Part shown: one piece after another, positions 8,753 through 16,795 of the stretch
How the letters are laid out: each line of letters opens with the position of its first letter
Position numbering within the stretch: the first letter of the stretch is position 1
IMG/VR virus record: IMGVR_UViG_3300027743_000026
Span: 8,470 to 72,469 of that record
From: a virus
Direction: 5' to 3' (one strand)
DNA: 64,000 nt
Made by a program: the position numbers and the translations under genes
Notes under the pieces: model-generated
Databases searched by the model: none
What the model saw: only the letters and a program-made list of their open reading frames with translations
Told to the model about the DNA's origin: nothing

Positions 8753-9031
8753 TCATGACTCGGATTCGCTTAAAGCTGCCAACTGTCGCAGTGTCCGCTC
8801 AATCTCATCGGCGCTGTCTTTCCCGCCTGTTATGTGCGCAGTCCACGCTTTTTTGACATGCTGAATCTGGGCTTCGAGTGGAATACCAAGTTGTCTGCAC
8901 AGTCGAAAGAAGTCTTCGAACATCTGCAGGACATTCTCCATGTTTCTCAACTTGTCGGGATCGCCCATCAACTCAAGATGGCGCTCACCGTACTCTCGGA
9001 GCAGCTTGAGTTGTTCAGATGTTGGTTTCAT
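8753..9031 (-). CDS. Hypothetical protein
   Basis: Coupled ORF. Confidence 0.6.
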   Translation of the reverse strand: MKPTSEQLKLLREYGERHLELMGDPDKLRNMENVLQMFEDFFRLCRQLGIPLEAQIQHVKKAWTAHITGGKDSADEIERTLRQLAALSESES

Positions 9032-9306
9032 TGGACGCCAGCCCGTCGCACGCGGCGGCTGATAGCTCTACGTTTCTGCAAAGCTTCGGCACAAGCTTCA
9101 GCAAAATCTTCCGCCGACATGTCAGAGTGCAGATCGACGATCTCGGCAACAAAAGCCAAGGTGATGCTGTAAATCGTTCCTACCATCTCTTGATCGGGTA
9201 TGTCGGCCGCTTCGCACATCTCGTGCAGATGCGCCGCACCGCGGCGCATCTTCTCTCGGTAATCCTTGGCCAGATCGAGCAATATTCGCTTCTGCGTTAG
9301 ATCCAT
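9028..9306 (-). CDS. Hypothetical protein
   Basis: Coupled ORF. Confidence 0.6.
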   Translation of the reverse strand: MDLTQKRILLDLAKDYREKMRRGAAHLHEMCEAADIPDQEMVGTIYSITLAFVAEIVDLHSDMSAEDFAEACAEALQKRRAISRRVRRAGVQ

Positions 9307-9308
9307 TT

Positions 9309-9722
9309 TTACCGGCCCCCACTGAGCACTCCGGTCCAGGTCCTAACCTCGGTACGATCGCGCCACCATGGGGTGGCAAGATCGCTCATAATATCGCACC
9401 ATTGGTAAAGAAAAGTCCCGTCGAGATCGCTACGCTGGGAGACTGCGGATTCCCGAACGACCTCGACGGGGTTCACACTGGGCGGTTCGGTGGTCGTCAT
9501 CGTCCTAGCCGCCCAATGCAACTGTGATTTCGATCTTCCTGGTCGGCCGGCATACCAGCACGCGCGGCCGTCAATGACACGCCAGGAATAGTACTGGCCA
9601 CGCTGATGGCTCGGCTTCGCCGACAGACATTCATCCGCGCGCGCCACCAAGGTCCCGACCACGACGCTAACGGCGACAGCCAAAGCACCGGCAACCAGGG
9701 CCTCAAGCTCGGTCGTCCCCAT
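9309..9722 (-). CDS. Exported protein with a Cys pair
   Basis: N-terminal hydrophobic helix; ECL...YYSWR.IDGR.CWY. Confidence 0.6.
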   Translation of the reverse strand: MGTTELEALVAGALAVAVSVVVGTLVARADECLSAKPSHQRGQYYSWRVIDGRACWYAGRPGRSKSQLHWAARTMTTTEPPSVNPVEVVRESAVSQRSDLDGTFLYQWCDIMSDLATPWWRDRTEVRTWTGVLSGGR

Positions 9723-10104
9723 GGCGCGGCCCTTGCGTCAGAAATTTTGGCACCGGCTTGCTATCGAGCGCGCCTGCCACCGCGGCGAGCCCGGCGCGGT
9801 CGGCCTCCGGATTGGGCCGCGGCGGGATCACCGTCAGGGCGTCCCGGTGCTCTTCCATGCTGGCCCGCGCGGCCTGGCACTTCTGCATGTACTCGGAAAC
9901 CCGACCGGCCATCTCCTCGTGCGCCGCCGTCATCACGGTGGCGATCTCCTCGGCATAGTTGGCGACCGCCTCGCCCTCGCTCCTGGCCTGGGCGCCCAGC
10001 TCGCGAATCTGCTGCACCAGGGTCTGGCCGCTCTCACGGATGGCATCGGCGCTCAGCATGGCGGTTGCCCGCTTTTCCATCGTCGGTCCGTTAGCTCGCT
10101 GCAT
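9703..10104 (-). CDS. Helical hypothetical protein
   Basis: Operon-packed ORF. Confidence 0.6.
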   Translation of the reverse strand: MQRANGPTMEKRATAMLSADAIRESGQTLVQQIRELGAQARSEGEAVANYAEEIATVMTAAHEEMAGRVSEYMQKCQAARASMEEHRDALTVIPPRPNPEADRAGLAAVAGALDSKPVPKFLTQGPRHGDDRA

Positions 10105-10426
10105 TACCGTTTTCCTTTCGGGATATCTCATCGACCACGGCGCCGACGATCGTGGACGCGCTGCCGTCTGCCTCCCTGGTCATGGCGTGACGGATCGTTT
10201 CGAGCGGGACGTGATGTTGCAAGGCGAGCGAAAGCAGGATCGCACCATCGCGTGCGACAGCATCAAACGAACTACCCGACTTGGAGCCCGCGATGAACAC
10301 CTCGGCGATCTCACCGTTAGGGAAACGTCCGATCGTGATTGTAAACGCCGTGTTCTGCCCACCATGACGCAGCTCAAAGTTTTCAGCCAAGCGACGATTC
10401 TCGAGAATGCGACGAGTGTTCATCAT
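10091..10426 (-). CDS. Stand-alone TSCPD-like domain (class II ribonucleotide reductase C-terminal domain)
   Basis: R..L..RR...G....EVF....K.GS......ILLSLALQH.VPLE pattern. Confidence 0.75.
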   Translation of the reverse strand: MMNTRRILENRRLAENFELRHGGQNTAFTITIGRFPNGEIAEVFIAGSKSGSSFDAVARDGAILLSLALQHHVPLETIRHAMTREADGSASTIVGAVVDEISRKENGNAAS

Positions 10427-10812
10427 TGCCTCGTCGTCGGCGCCGGCAGCGCCAGCAAGGAGTCCTTCATTTTCTCGTAGATGGTAGAACCATCATCGTT
10501 AACAATGTGTGCAAGGAACGCTTCCTCGAAAGTCTCGATCCGGCTCTCGACCGAAACCATCTTCGACTTCACCGTCAGCAACAGAGCCCGCCAGCGCGCC
10601 CGTTGCTGCTGCGCGATCTTCTCGCTGGTGCCTTCCGGCACTTGCAGCACAAAGCGCACGCGCCGGCCGTTCTTCATGCTGAACGTCACCAGCGCGCGGC
10701 CAGGCTCGACCGCAAAGCCAAAGCTCGACGCACCAAAGCGTGCCAGCACAGACTCGATGTCCGCGCGCGACTGCTTGACCGACACAGACGTGGTCGCTGC
10801 ATAAGGTGCCAT
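10423..10812 (-). CDS. Conserved phage hypothetical protein
   Basis: YA..TSV...SRA.IE..L.RFGA...WRAL...K.K...FEEAFLAHIV. Confidence 0.7.
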   Translation of the reverse strand: MAPYAATTSVSVKQSRADIESVLARFGASSFGFAVEPGRALVTFSMKNGRRVRFVLQVPEGTSEKIAQQQRARWRALLLTVKSKMVSVESRIETFEEAFLAHIVNDDGSTIYEKMKDSLLALPAPTTRQ

Positions 10813-10818
10813 TTCAGT

Positions 10819-11091
10819 TCATCGACGTACGAGAGCAGTCTCGATCAGGCGGGCGCCCTTGCGTTTGACGCGCTTGATTTTGTACGCCTCGCGGTTGATG
10901 TCCATCTTCTCGGCGAGCCGGTGGATTGTAGAATTGACCACAATCCTCGCGTGATACGGCCGATCGTCACCACGGTAGACCTTCGGCATTAATTGTTCTG
11001 AGGTCATAGGCGACCCGGCTGTCGCCAGGATTTGGAACACCCGTAGCTCCGCGGGCGAATATCCGTTGGATTTAAGTTGAGGTTTAGCCAT
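10819..11091 (-). CDS. Winged-helix DNA-binding protein
   Basis: SPAE..VF..L...L...VY......V...I.RL.EK (OmpR-like wHTH). Confidence 0.6.
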   Translation of the reverse strand: MAKPQLKSNGYSPAELRVFQILATAGSPMTSEQLMPKVYRGDDRPYHARIVVNSTIHRLAEKMDINREAYKIKRVKRKGARLIETALVRR

Positions 11092-11245
11092 TACGCTCCC
11101 CGTAAACAAAGGGCGAGAATTATTTATTTGTTTGTTGATGTCAAGCGCTCAGTAATAGCGCGCCCAGAACCAAATAGACATCAGCCACAGTGGAAGTATC
11201 GCTAAGACCACCATTGCGACGAACACAGTGGTCCGCCAGAACAAG

Positions 11246-11686
11246 TCAGAATTTAACCGCCCCCGTAACATCGCCCTGCACCGCTAACCTCATATCCACA
11301 CCTCGACGTTCCTCGACCGGGATACCCGCCAACTCGGCAATCTCCCGCGCCTGCTGCATGCCAGGCGAGATGCCGCGATCAACATAGAGCACCATCGCCT
11401 CGGCGACGCCGACCCAGGCTAGGCCGGCGGCGATGCCAAGCTTGCGCTCGGCCACGAGTTCGTCACGCAAGATTCCTGGCTGTGTAAACAGCAAGTGCGA
11501 CGCAATCGGGGCATCCCCACGCATGACCGCATCGCGTACACAGGCCCGCGCATAGGCGACATTGGCATCGATGTCGCCGGCATACGGGCTCTCAAGAATA
11601 ACCCGCCTCACCGCAGCGGCGCCTGGCACGCGACCAGGAGAAGCGGCAGCCCGAAGATCAGAAATAATCTCATTGGTCAGCCTCAA
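11246..11686 (-). CDS. Phage protein, DUF7768/nucleoside-deoxyribosyltransferase-like fold
   Basis: VILESPYAGD...PIASHLLFTQ...GISPGM. Confidence 0.7.
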   Translation of the reverse strand: MRLTNEIISDLRAAASPGRVPGAAAVRRVILESPYAGDIDANVAYARACVRDAVMRGDAPIASHLLFTQPGILRDELVAERKLGIAAGLAWVGVAEAMVLYVDRGISPGMQQAREIAELAGIPVEERRGVDMRLAVQGDVTGAVKF

Positions 11687-11870
11687 GTGTATGCTGCAGC
11701 GTTACCCTGGCACGATCGATCAAACCAGAATTGAGTTCGACCAGGGCGAGCTTGAGCCCAGTACGCAGGTCGCGGATCGCCAGCGCCTGGTCGACCATGG
11801 TTTCACAATAGCGCTCACCGATCCGGATCGAGCAATTGAGCTTGCGCCGCAGTTCTTCTGCACTACTCAT
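11670..11870 (-). CDS. Hypothetical protein
   Basis: Adjacent to the helicase stop. Confidence 0.5.
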   Translation of the reverse strand: MSSAEELRRKLNCSIRIGERYCETMVDQALAIRDLRTGLKLALVELNSGLIDRARVTLQHTLEADQ

Positions 11871-13355
11871 CTAAACCACCCATTGACGCCAGTTGTCCCC
11901 GTTGATCACAGCGGCCATATCGATCTTGGCACGAAGCGCCTGCAGAATTTTTTCATCCACAGTGCCGGGCACGACAAGATCGACATTGTCGACGCCGTGT
12001 TCCTTGTCCTTGCCCATTGTCCGCATCTCGGCCTGGTCACGCAGTTCGAGATTGTCCCGGTTGCTGTAGAACACCGCGAGGTCGGCCACGTCCCAGGTTC
12101 TACCCTTCCCGCCTGCGTCCGGCGTGGCCACCATGAACCGGCACTCCGGATCGGTACGGAACGCCAGCTCCTCGGCTTCGCGGGTGGATTCATTGCCGCC
12201 GTAGAACTTGGCAACCGAACACTCGAATTCCTTGGCTAGTGCCGCCGAGACCTTACGCACGTCGTGGCCGTAGCTGCACCAGATGATGGCTTTACCGTCG
12301 TAGTCCTGCAGCAGATCGAGCAGCGCCGCGGTTCGCTTCTCCGGCAGCACATGCTCGACGCCTTCTTCATCGATCGTATGGCCAAGCAAGACCTGATGCA
12401 TACGAACAATCTGCGCGATCACCACGGTGGCGGTGACGTGGCCGCCGGAGGCCAGCAGCGTGGTGGCGAACTCCTTGATCTCGTTGTACGCCTTGATCTG
12501 CTCCGCGGTCATCTCGACTTCGCGGATGGTGAACGTGCTCGGGATCTTGGGGCGGAATTCGACCCGGAACGAATGCGGCTCCATCCGCCGCTTGACCTCG
12601 GCGATCGCCTCCGGACGAAAGCCGCGCACACCCTTCTTGGTGTCGATGATGTCGACCCAGCGGCCGCCAAAATTCTCCCGCTTCATGAACGCGACCTTGT
12701 TGCGAAACTGCGTCCAGTTCGATGCCAAGGTGCGGCCATAAGTAATATTGATGATGGTGGGATCGAGGAACCAGAGCTGGAAAAACACGTCGAGCAGCGA
12801 GCGCGGCGTGGCCAACCCGGAGAGAATGCGCCGATAGCCGGCCAGCGGCCTGATCTTGGACAGCACGAACAGTGTGCGCTCGGCTTTGTTCTTGATGACG
12901 GTCGACTCGTCGACCACCACGTAGGTCTTGGTCGGACGCCGGCTCAGATAGTTAATCACCAGATCACGAGCGCGGCCCGGCAGGCTGAGCGCCTCGACGT
13001 TGATTAACAAAGCGCGCGGACCCTCGTGCGCGAGAAAGTCCGGTACCAGGCCGGTAAACCGAGTAGACGAGAAGCTCGACGACCACACTAGCGTCTTGAT
13101 CCGGCCCTGCAGATCAAGCGATAGATCGGCCTCCATCGCCCCGACCCAGGTACGATACACACCGCCCGGCGCGATCAGCAAAAAATCCTTGGCCTTGCCG
13201 AGCAGCTCGAGTTCGCCAAAGTCATCGAGCACGACCTTGCTCTTGCGCGTTCTCATTGCCATCAACAACGCAAAGTGCAGCCGGCCGCGCATGCGCTGCA
13301 GCGCGGCGACCTGGTTCTCGTCGGCCTGACGCCGAGGCTGGTAGCGGGCACTCAT
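11871..13355 (-). CDS. SNF2-family (SF2) helicase
   Basis: Degenerate Walker A (MRTRKS), VVDES, LSG.ATP, and QAEMR motif VI. Confidence 0.85.
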   Translation of the reverse strand: MSARYQPRRQADENQVAALQRMRGRLHFALLMAMRTRKSKVVLDDFGELELLGKAKDFLLIAPGGVYRTWVGAMEADLSLDLQGRIKTLVWSSSFSSTRFTGLVPDFLAHEGPRALLINVEALSLPGRARDLVINYLSRRPTKTYVVVDESTVIKNKAERTLFVLSKIRPLAGYRRILSGLATPRSLLDVFFQLWFLDPTIINITYGRTLASNWTQFRNKVAFMKRENFGGRWVDIIDTKKGVRGFRPEAIAEVKRRMEPHSFRVEFRPKIPSTFTIREVEMTAEQIKAYNEIKEFATTLLASGGHVTATVVIAQIVRMHQVLLGHTIDEEGVEHVLPEKRTAALLDLLQDYDGKAIIWCSYGHDVRKVSAALAKEFECSVAKFYGGNESTREAEELAFRTDPECRFMVATPDAGGKGRTWDVADLAVFYSNRDNLELRDQAEMRTMGKDKEHGVDNVDLVVPGTVDEKILQALRAKIDMAAVINGDNWRQWVV

Positions 13356-13582
13356 GTCGGCTGACTGAGCGATTGACTGAGTGATTGATAGAACACGAAG
13401 TTGTCTGCGCGCTCCTTGTCCGACAGCGCCCAGCGCGTGTTGATAGCTCCGAATTCCAAGAGGGTACGATCAATCAGACTGATCCAGCTCAGGTCATGCC
13501 ACTCGTCATCGGTGAGCGGCTGTTTGGCTGCGAACTTCATCATGGCGTCGTGGCAACGACGTGCCTGCTCGCGCCGAGTCAT
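13352..13582 (-). CDS. Hypothetical protein
   Basis: ATGA-coupled. Confidence 0.55.
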   Translation of the reverse strand: MTRREQARRCHDAMMKFAAKQPLTDDEWHDLSWISLIDRTLLEFGAINTRWALSDKERADNFVFYQSLSQSLSQPT

Positions 13583-13923
13583 CGCTTTATCCTCCCTCGC
13601 AAAACCTCAAACGGAGATACAGGCGTATCATCGCCGATCGTGAGCTTCCATTTCTTTCCGAGCTGGTTAACAATTTTCCCACGGGTTTGATTGCATTCAA
13701 AACACGCCGCCACGACGTTGCCGGGCACGGTGCGGCCGCCCTGCCATACCTGCTCTAAATGGTCCGCGGTCATCGTGCGAGGACTGCACACACCGGCTTG
13801 GCCGGCGCTTGCCGGGTCCATCGACCTCCGACACCAAAAGCACAATCCGTCCTGACGCATGAACGCCCGGCGGGCCAGCCGCCGAGCCATGATCTGATCA
13901 TAGTGAGTACGCTTCAGACTCAT
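13579..13923 (-). CDS. HNH endonuclease
   Basis: CFWC...TADH...GG...N...AC..CN. Confidence 0.85.
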   Translation of the reverse strand: MSLKRTHYDQIMARRLARRAFMRQDGLCFWCRRSMDPASAGQAGVCSPRTMTADHLEQVWQGGRTVPGNVVAACFECNQTRGKIVNQLGKKWKLTIGDDTPVSPFEVLRGRIKR

Positions 13924-13987
13924 GTGCGAGCCCGACAATGTGCGACAAAGCCGGGCTCGCGACGACCGCAGCCATGCAAGGACAAAG

Positions 13988-14200
13988 TCACAAGGCCACC
14001 GCGGTCGCCGGCTTATTCTGCCCCGCGGAGACCGCGCCAAGCAATTCCCATCGCAGCCCACTCAATAACGGCAGCCGGGTCTCACGCACAATGTGCATTG
14101 TCCCATTACGCTCGCGATAGACCGAGAACGGTCGGTCGAATATTGCAGCGCGCCGACGCGCCTCGCCGAATGCCCATTCACGAGTAAGGATATCCACCAT
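13988..14200 (-). CDS. Hypothetical protein (MVDILTREW...)
   Basis: Coupled to the nuclease stop. Confidence 0.45.
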   Translation of the reverse strand: MVDILTREWAFGEARRRAAIFDRPFSVYRERNGTMHIVRETRLPLLSGLRWELLGAVSAGQNKPATAVAL

Positions 14201-14619
14201 CAAGCTCCCAGTATCTTGGCAATCGCATCCCAATCCCACGCCCTCGGCCCACCATCCCACCACTCCAGCGGGGTCGCTCCCGATATCCCACCCAACGCCA
14301 GCGCCCGCACGTCGGCACCCCGGTAGATGAGCAGCTCGTCGCGCGCTTGTCGCCGAAGGCCCGCCAGGCACCGCCATCGTACGATCACCAATACCCGGCC
14401 GCCGGCCCGCAGGCGCCGTTCGATCCAGCCGATTTGCTCGGTCGAAATCCGCACCGCGTTGGTCGCCGTAGTCTTGAACTCGATCCACGTCTCGACTCCT
14501 TTCAAGCAAACATTGACATCGGGCACGCCCTGTCCAGTCGACCACGTTTCGACCGACTGAAAATGTGCCGCCTTGATGCGCTCCACAAATAGCGGCCGCA
14601 GCCCGCCATCACGCGCCAT
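14200..14619 (-). CDS. VRR-NUC / Holliday-junction resolvase-like nuclease
   Basis: GVPD...WIEFK...Q..W..RR...GG. Confidence 0.85.
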   Translation of the reverse strand: MARDGGLRPLFVERIKAAHFQSVETWSTGQGVPDVNVCLKGVETWIEFKTTATNAVRISTEQIGWIERRLRAGGRVLVIVRWRCLAGLRRQARDELLIYRGADVRALALGGISGATPLEWWDGGPRAWDWDAIAKILGA

Positions 14620-14812
14620 TGCGTTCTACTTTCCCCAAAATCTTAAGCAGCCCACGTCGCTCCTGATACTCATGCCATACAGTACGAACGACAGAAGCGT
14701 GCCTACGGCCATGACATTGCCAGATAACAGTCCATTGACCGTTGTGTACTTCCCACAGCTTACCGATCCATCCCTTTTGATCTGCCGGACGCTCGGCGGT
14801 GATTCTCAGCAT
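14609..14812 (-). CDS. Hypothetical protein
   Basis: First gene of the leftward operon. Confidence 0.5.
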   Translation of the reverse strand: MLRITAERPADQKGWIGKLWEVHNGQWTVIWQCHGRRHASVVRTVWHEYQERRGLLKILGKVERNGA

Positions 14813-14892
14813 TTTAAACTCTACCTTGACATCCGATTAAAGATAGCCTTAAAACATAATTTGTCAAATTCAAAGTTGGAGGATTATCGACA
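14813..14892. promoter_or_regulatory. AT-rich divergent promoter region
   Basis: TTGACA at 14826; strand switch between operons. Confidence 0.6.
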
Positions 14893-15108
14893 GTGGCAAT
14901 TCGAAACCATAGTCCCGGTCTTAAGCTCGCATTGAAGGCGCTCGAAGGCGGTCACGCCGAGCTGGCGCGGCAGCTCAAGACCACACCGCAAGCGATCTAC
15001 CAATGGGCCGACATCCCACCTAACCGCGTACTTGACGTCGAGCGCATTACCAAGATCGATCGCGAGAAGCTGCGCCCCGATCTCTATCGTCGGCGGAGAC
15101 CCTCATGA
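14893..15108 (+). CDS. Cro/YdaS-like HTH regulator
   Basis: GG..ELAR.L..T.QAI.QW..IP..RV..VE..T......LRPDLY. Confidence 0.9.
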   Translation: MAIRNHSPGLKLALKALEGGHAELARQLKTTPQAIYQWADIPPNRVLDVERITKIDREKLRPDLYRRRRPS

Positions 15109-15641
15109 CTATTCGCGGCGCCAATTACGAGCGCAAGCCGAATGATGATTATCCAACGCCGCCGGAGGCGATCGACATCCTATTCGAGCATGTGAGGTTT
15201 GGGCCGGTGCTCGACCCCGCCTGCGGAAAACTGCAGCGGATCGTGGAGGCAGCGAAGCGCCACGGTCTACCCGGCATTGGTCGCGACATCATCCTGGGCG
15301 AAAATTTCCTCGACAGCGACAGCTGCTACAAACATGACATCGTCACCAACCCGCCCTACGGCGGCCGCTCCGGCCGGCTGGCGCGGGAGTTCATCGAGCA
15401 TGCCCTGGCGCTGACCGAGGATCACCGAGGTCGGGTGGCCATGCTGCTGCCAGTCGATTTCGATTCCGGCAAGACCCGTCTGCACCTGTTTCAGCACCCA
15501 GCCTTCGCGCTCAAGCTGATCCCGGTCGACCGCATCAAGTGGTTCGACAACAAATCCGGATCGATCAATAACGCCTGGTACGTCTGGTGCTGGAGGCACA
15601 GCGGCCCGCCGATCCTGCGCTACACCAGGATCCCGGTGTGA
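15105..15641 (+). CDS. DNA amino-(N6-adenine) methyltransferase
   Basis: YPTP, LDPACG and IVTNPPY motifs. Confidence 0.85.
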   Translation: MTIRGANYERKPNDDYPTPPEAIDILFEHVRFGPVLDPACGKLQRIVEAAKRHGLPGIGRDIILGENFLDSDSCYKHDIVTNPPYGGRSGRLAREFIEHALALTEDHRGRVAMLLPVDFDSGKTRLHLFQHPAFALKLIPVDRIKWFDNKSGSINNAWYVWCWRHSGPPILRYTRIPV

Positions 15642-16795
15642 TGTTTAACCCGTGGCGATGGATCAAGCGCCTCTGGTCACCAGCCACCGAGCTAGTGATC
15701 CCGGTCACCGTTCCATTGCCCAAGCAACTCGCACTGGAAGAGCCCGAACTCGCACCGGAAGAGCCTGAACTCGCACTGAAAGAGCCCGAACTCGCACCGG
15801 AAGAGCCCAAACTCGCATCGGAAGAGCCCAAGGCCAAGCGCAAATACAATAGCTCCTACATCGGGCTACGCCGCGACCTCGCAGCCATGGCGAACTACAT
15901 CCTTGACCGCTTCGAAAGCCTGCAGGTTAGACGCTCGGCGGCGGATCACGACGGCCAAAACCGAGCCCGTCTCGGCGAACTCTGGGGCTGCGATTTCCTG
16001 ATGCTGCACCGCGAGCTTGGCGAACGCATGATCGGCGGCAGCAAGTGGTCCGCCGTGGACGCGACGGCCATCGAGCTGACCGCCACGATCTGGCCGATCG
16101 ACTACGCCATTGCTGAACTCATGATAGCCGGCGAAGACGGAGCGATTCTCGATGGAATATTCCTGACCCGTATTTGCTCCGTCACTGCCAAGGAGGTGCG
16201 CAGCAAGGTCAAACGAGTTGCTCCCAAGATGGTGCGCTACATCATGGGCTACTTCTATGACAATGGGCAGTGGTCAGTTTGCGAGGGCTATGCCGGTTTG
16301 TTCGGAGAGAAATGGGTCATTCTGGCAATCGAAGCCGATGAGTGGCCGCTAGAGGAAAAGCAAGTCAGAGAAGACCTGATCAATAGGATATTCACCAGCG
16401 CCTTTACCGCCCGCTACGACTGGCACGTCGCGTTCGGAACCATCCCGGGCGGACCGCGGCTGTTGTTTCCAACCAACCCGACCGGCGCCCTGCACCTGTT
16501 CAACAACCGCGATCGCACGCCTGGCAAGGCCCGGCGCGAGGCGCTCAAGCATTGGGTCGATGAGCACTACCGCGACAATAACGAGGACCTCGCCTACGTC
16601 TGCAACCACCTCCGCGGCCAGACCCAGTTCTCCTGGTCCGGCTTCGACAGCGAGCTGTTCGTTTCTCAGTACGATCTGGAAATGAATAAATTCTTCAAGC
16701 TGCAGGCCAAGGAGTGGCGTTCGCAACGCAAGCACAATCGCGTCAAAGTCCATCTGAAAAAGAAGTCACACGAGGAGGCTCACCCGCATGCTTAG
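15641..16795 (+). CDS. Hypothetical phage protein with N-terminal EEPELA repeats
   Basis: Long coupled ORF. Confidence 0.75.
   Translation: MFNPWRWIKRLWSPATELVIPVTVPLPKQLALEEPELAPEEPELALKEPELAPEEPKLASEEPKAKRKYNSSYIGLRRDLAAMANYILDRFESLQVRRSAADHDGQNRARLGELWGCDFLMLHRELGERMIGGSKWSAVDATAIELTATIWPIDYAIAELMIAGEDGAILDGIFLTRICSVTAKEVRSKVKRVAPKMVRYIMGYFYDNGQWSVCEGYAGLFGEKWVILAIEADEWPLEEKQVREDLINRIFTSAFTARYDWHVAFGTIPGGPRLLFPTNPTGALHLFNNRDRTPGKARREALKHWVDEHYRDNNEDLAYVCNHLRGQTQFSWSGFDSELFVSQYDLEMNKFFKLQAKEWRSQRKHNRVKVHLKKKSHEEAHPHA
15727..15830 (+). repeat. 21-bp coding tandem repeat, about 5 copies
   Basis: aactcgcac(c/t)ggaagagccc(g) units. Confidence 0.9.

Noticed and set aside
15105-15641. Restriction-modification system
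   Set aside because: It is an orphan methyltransferase with no adjacent recognisable restriction endonuclease.
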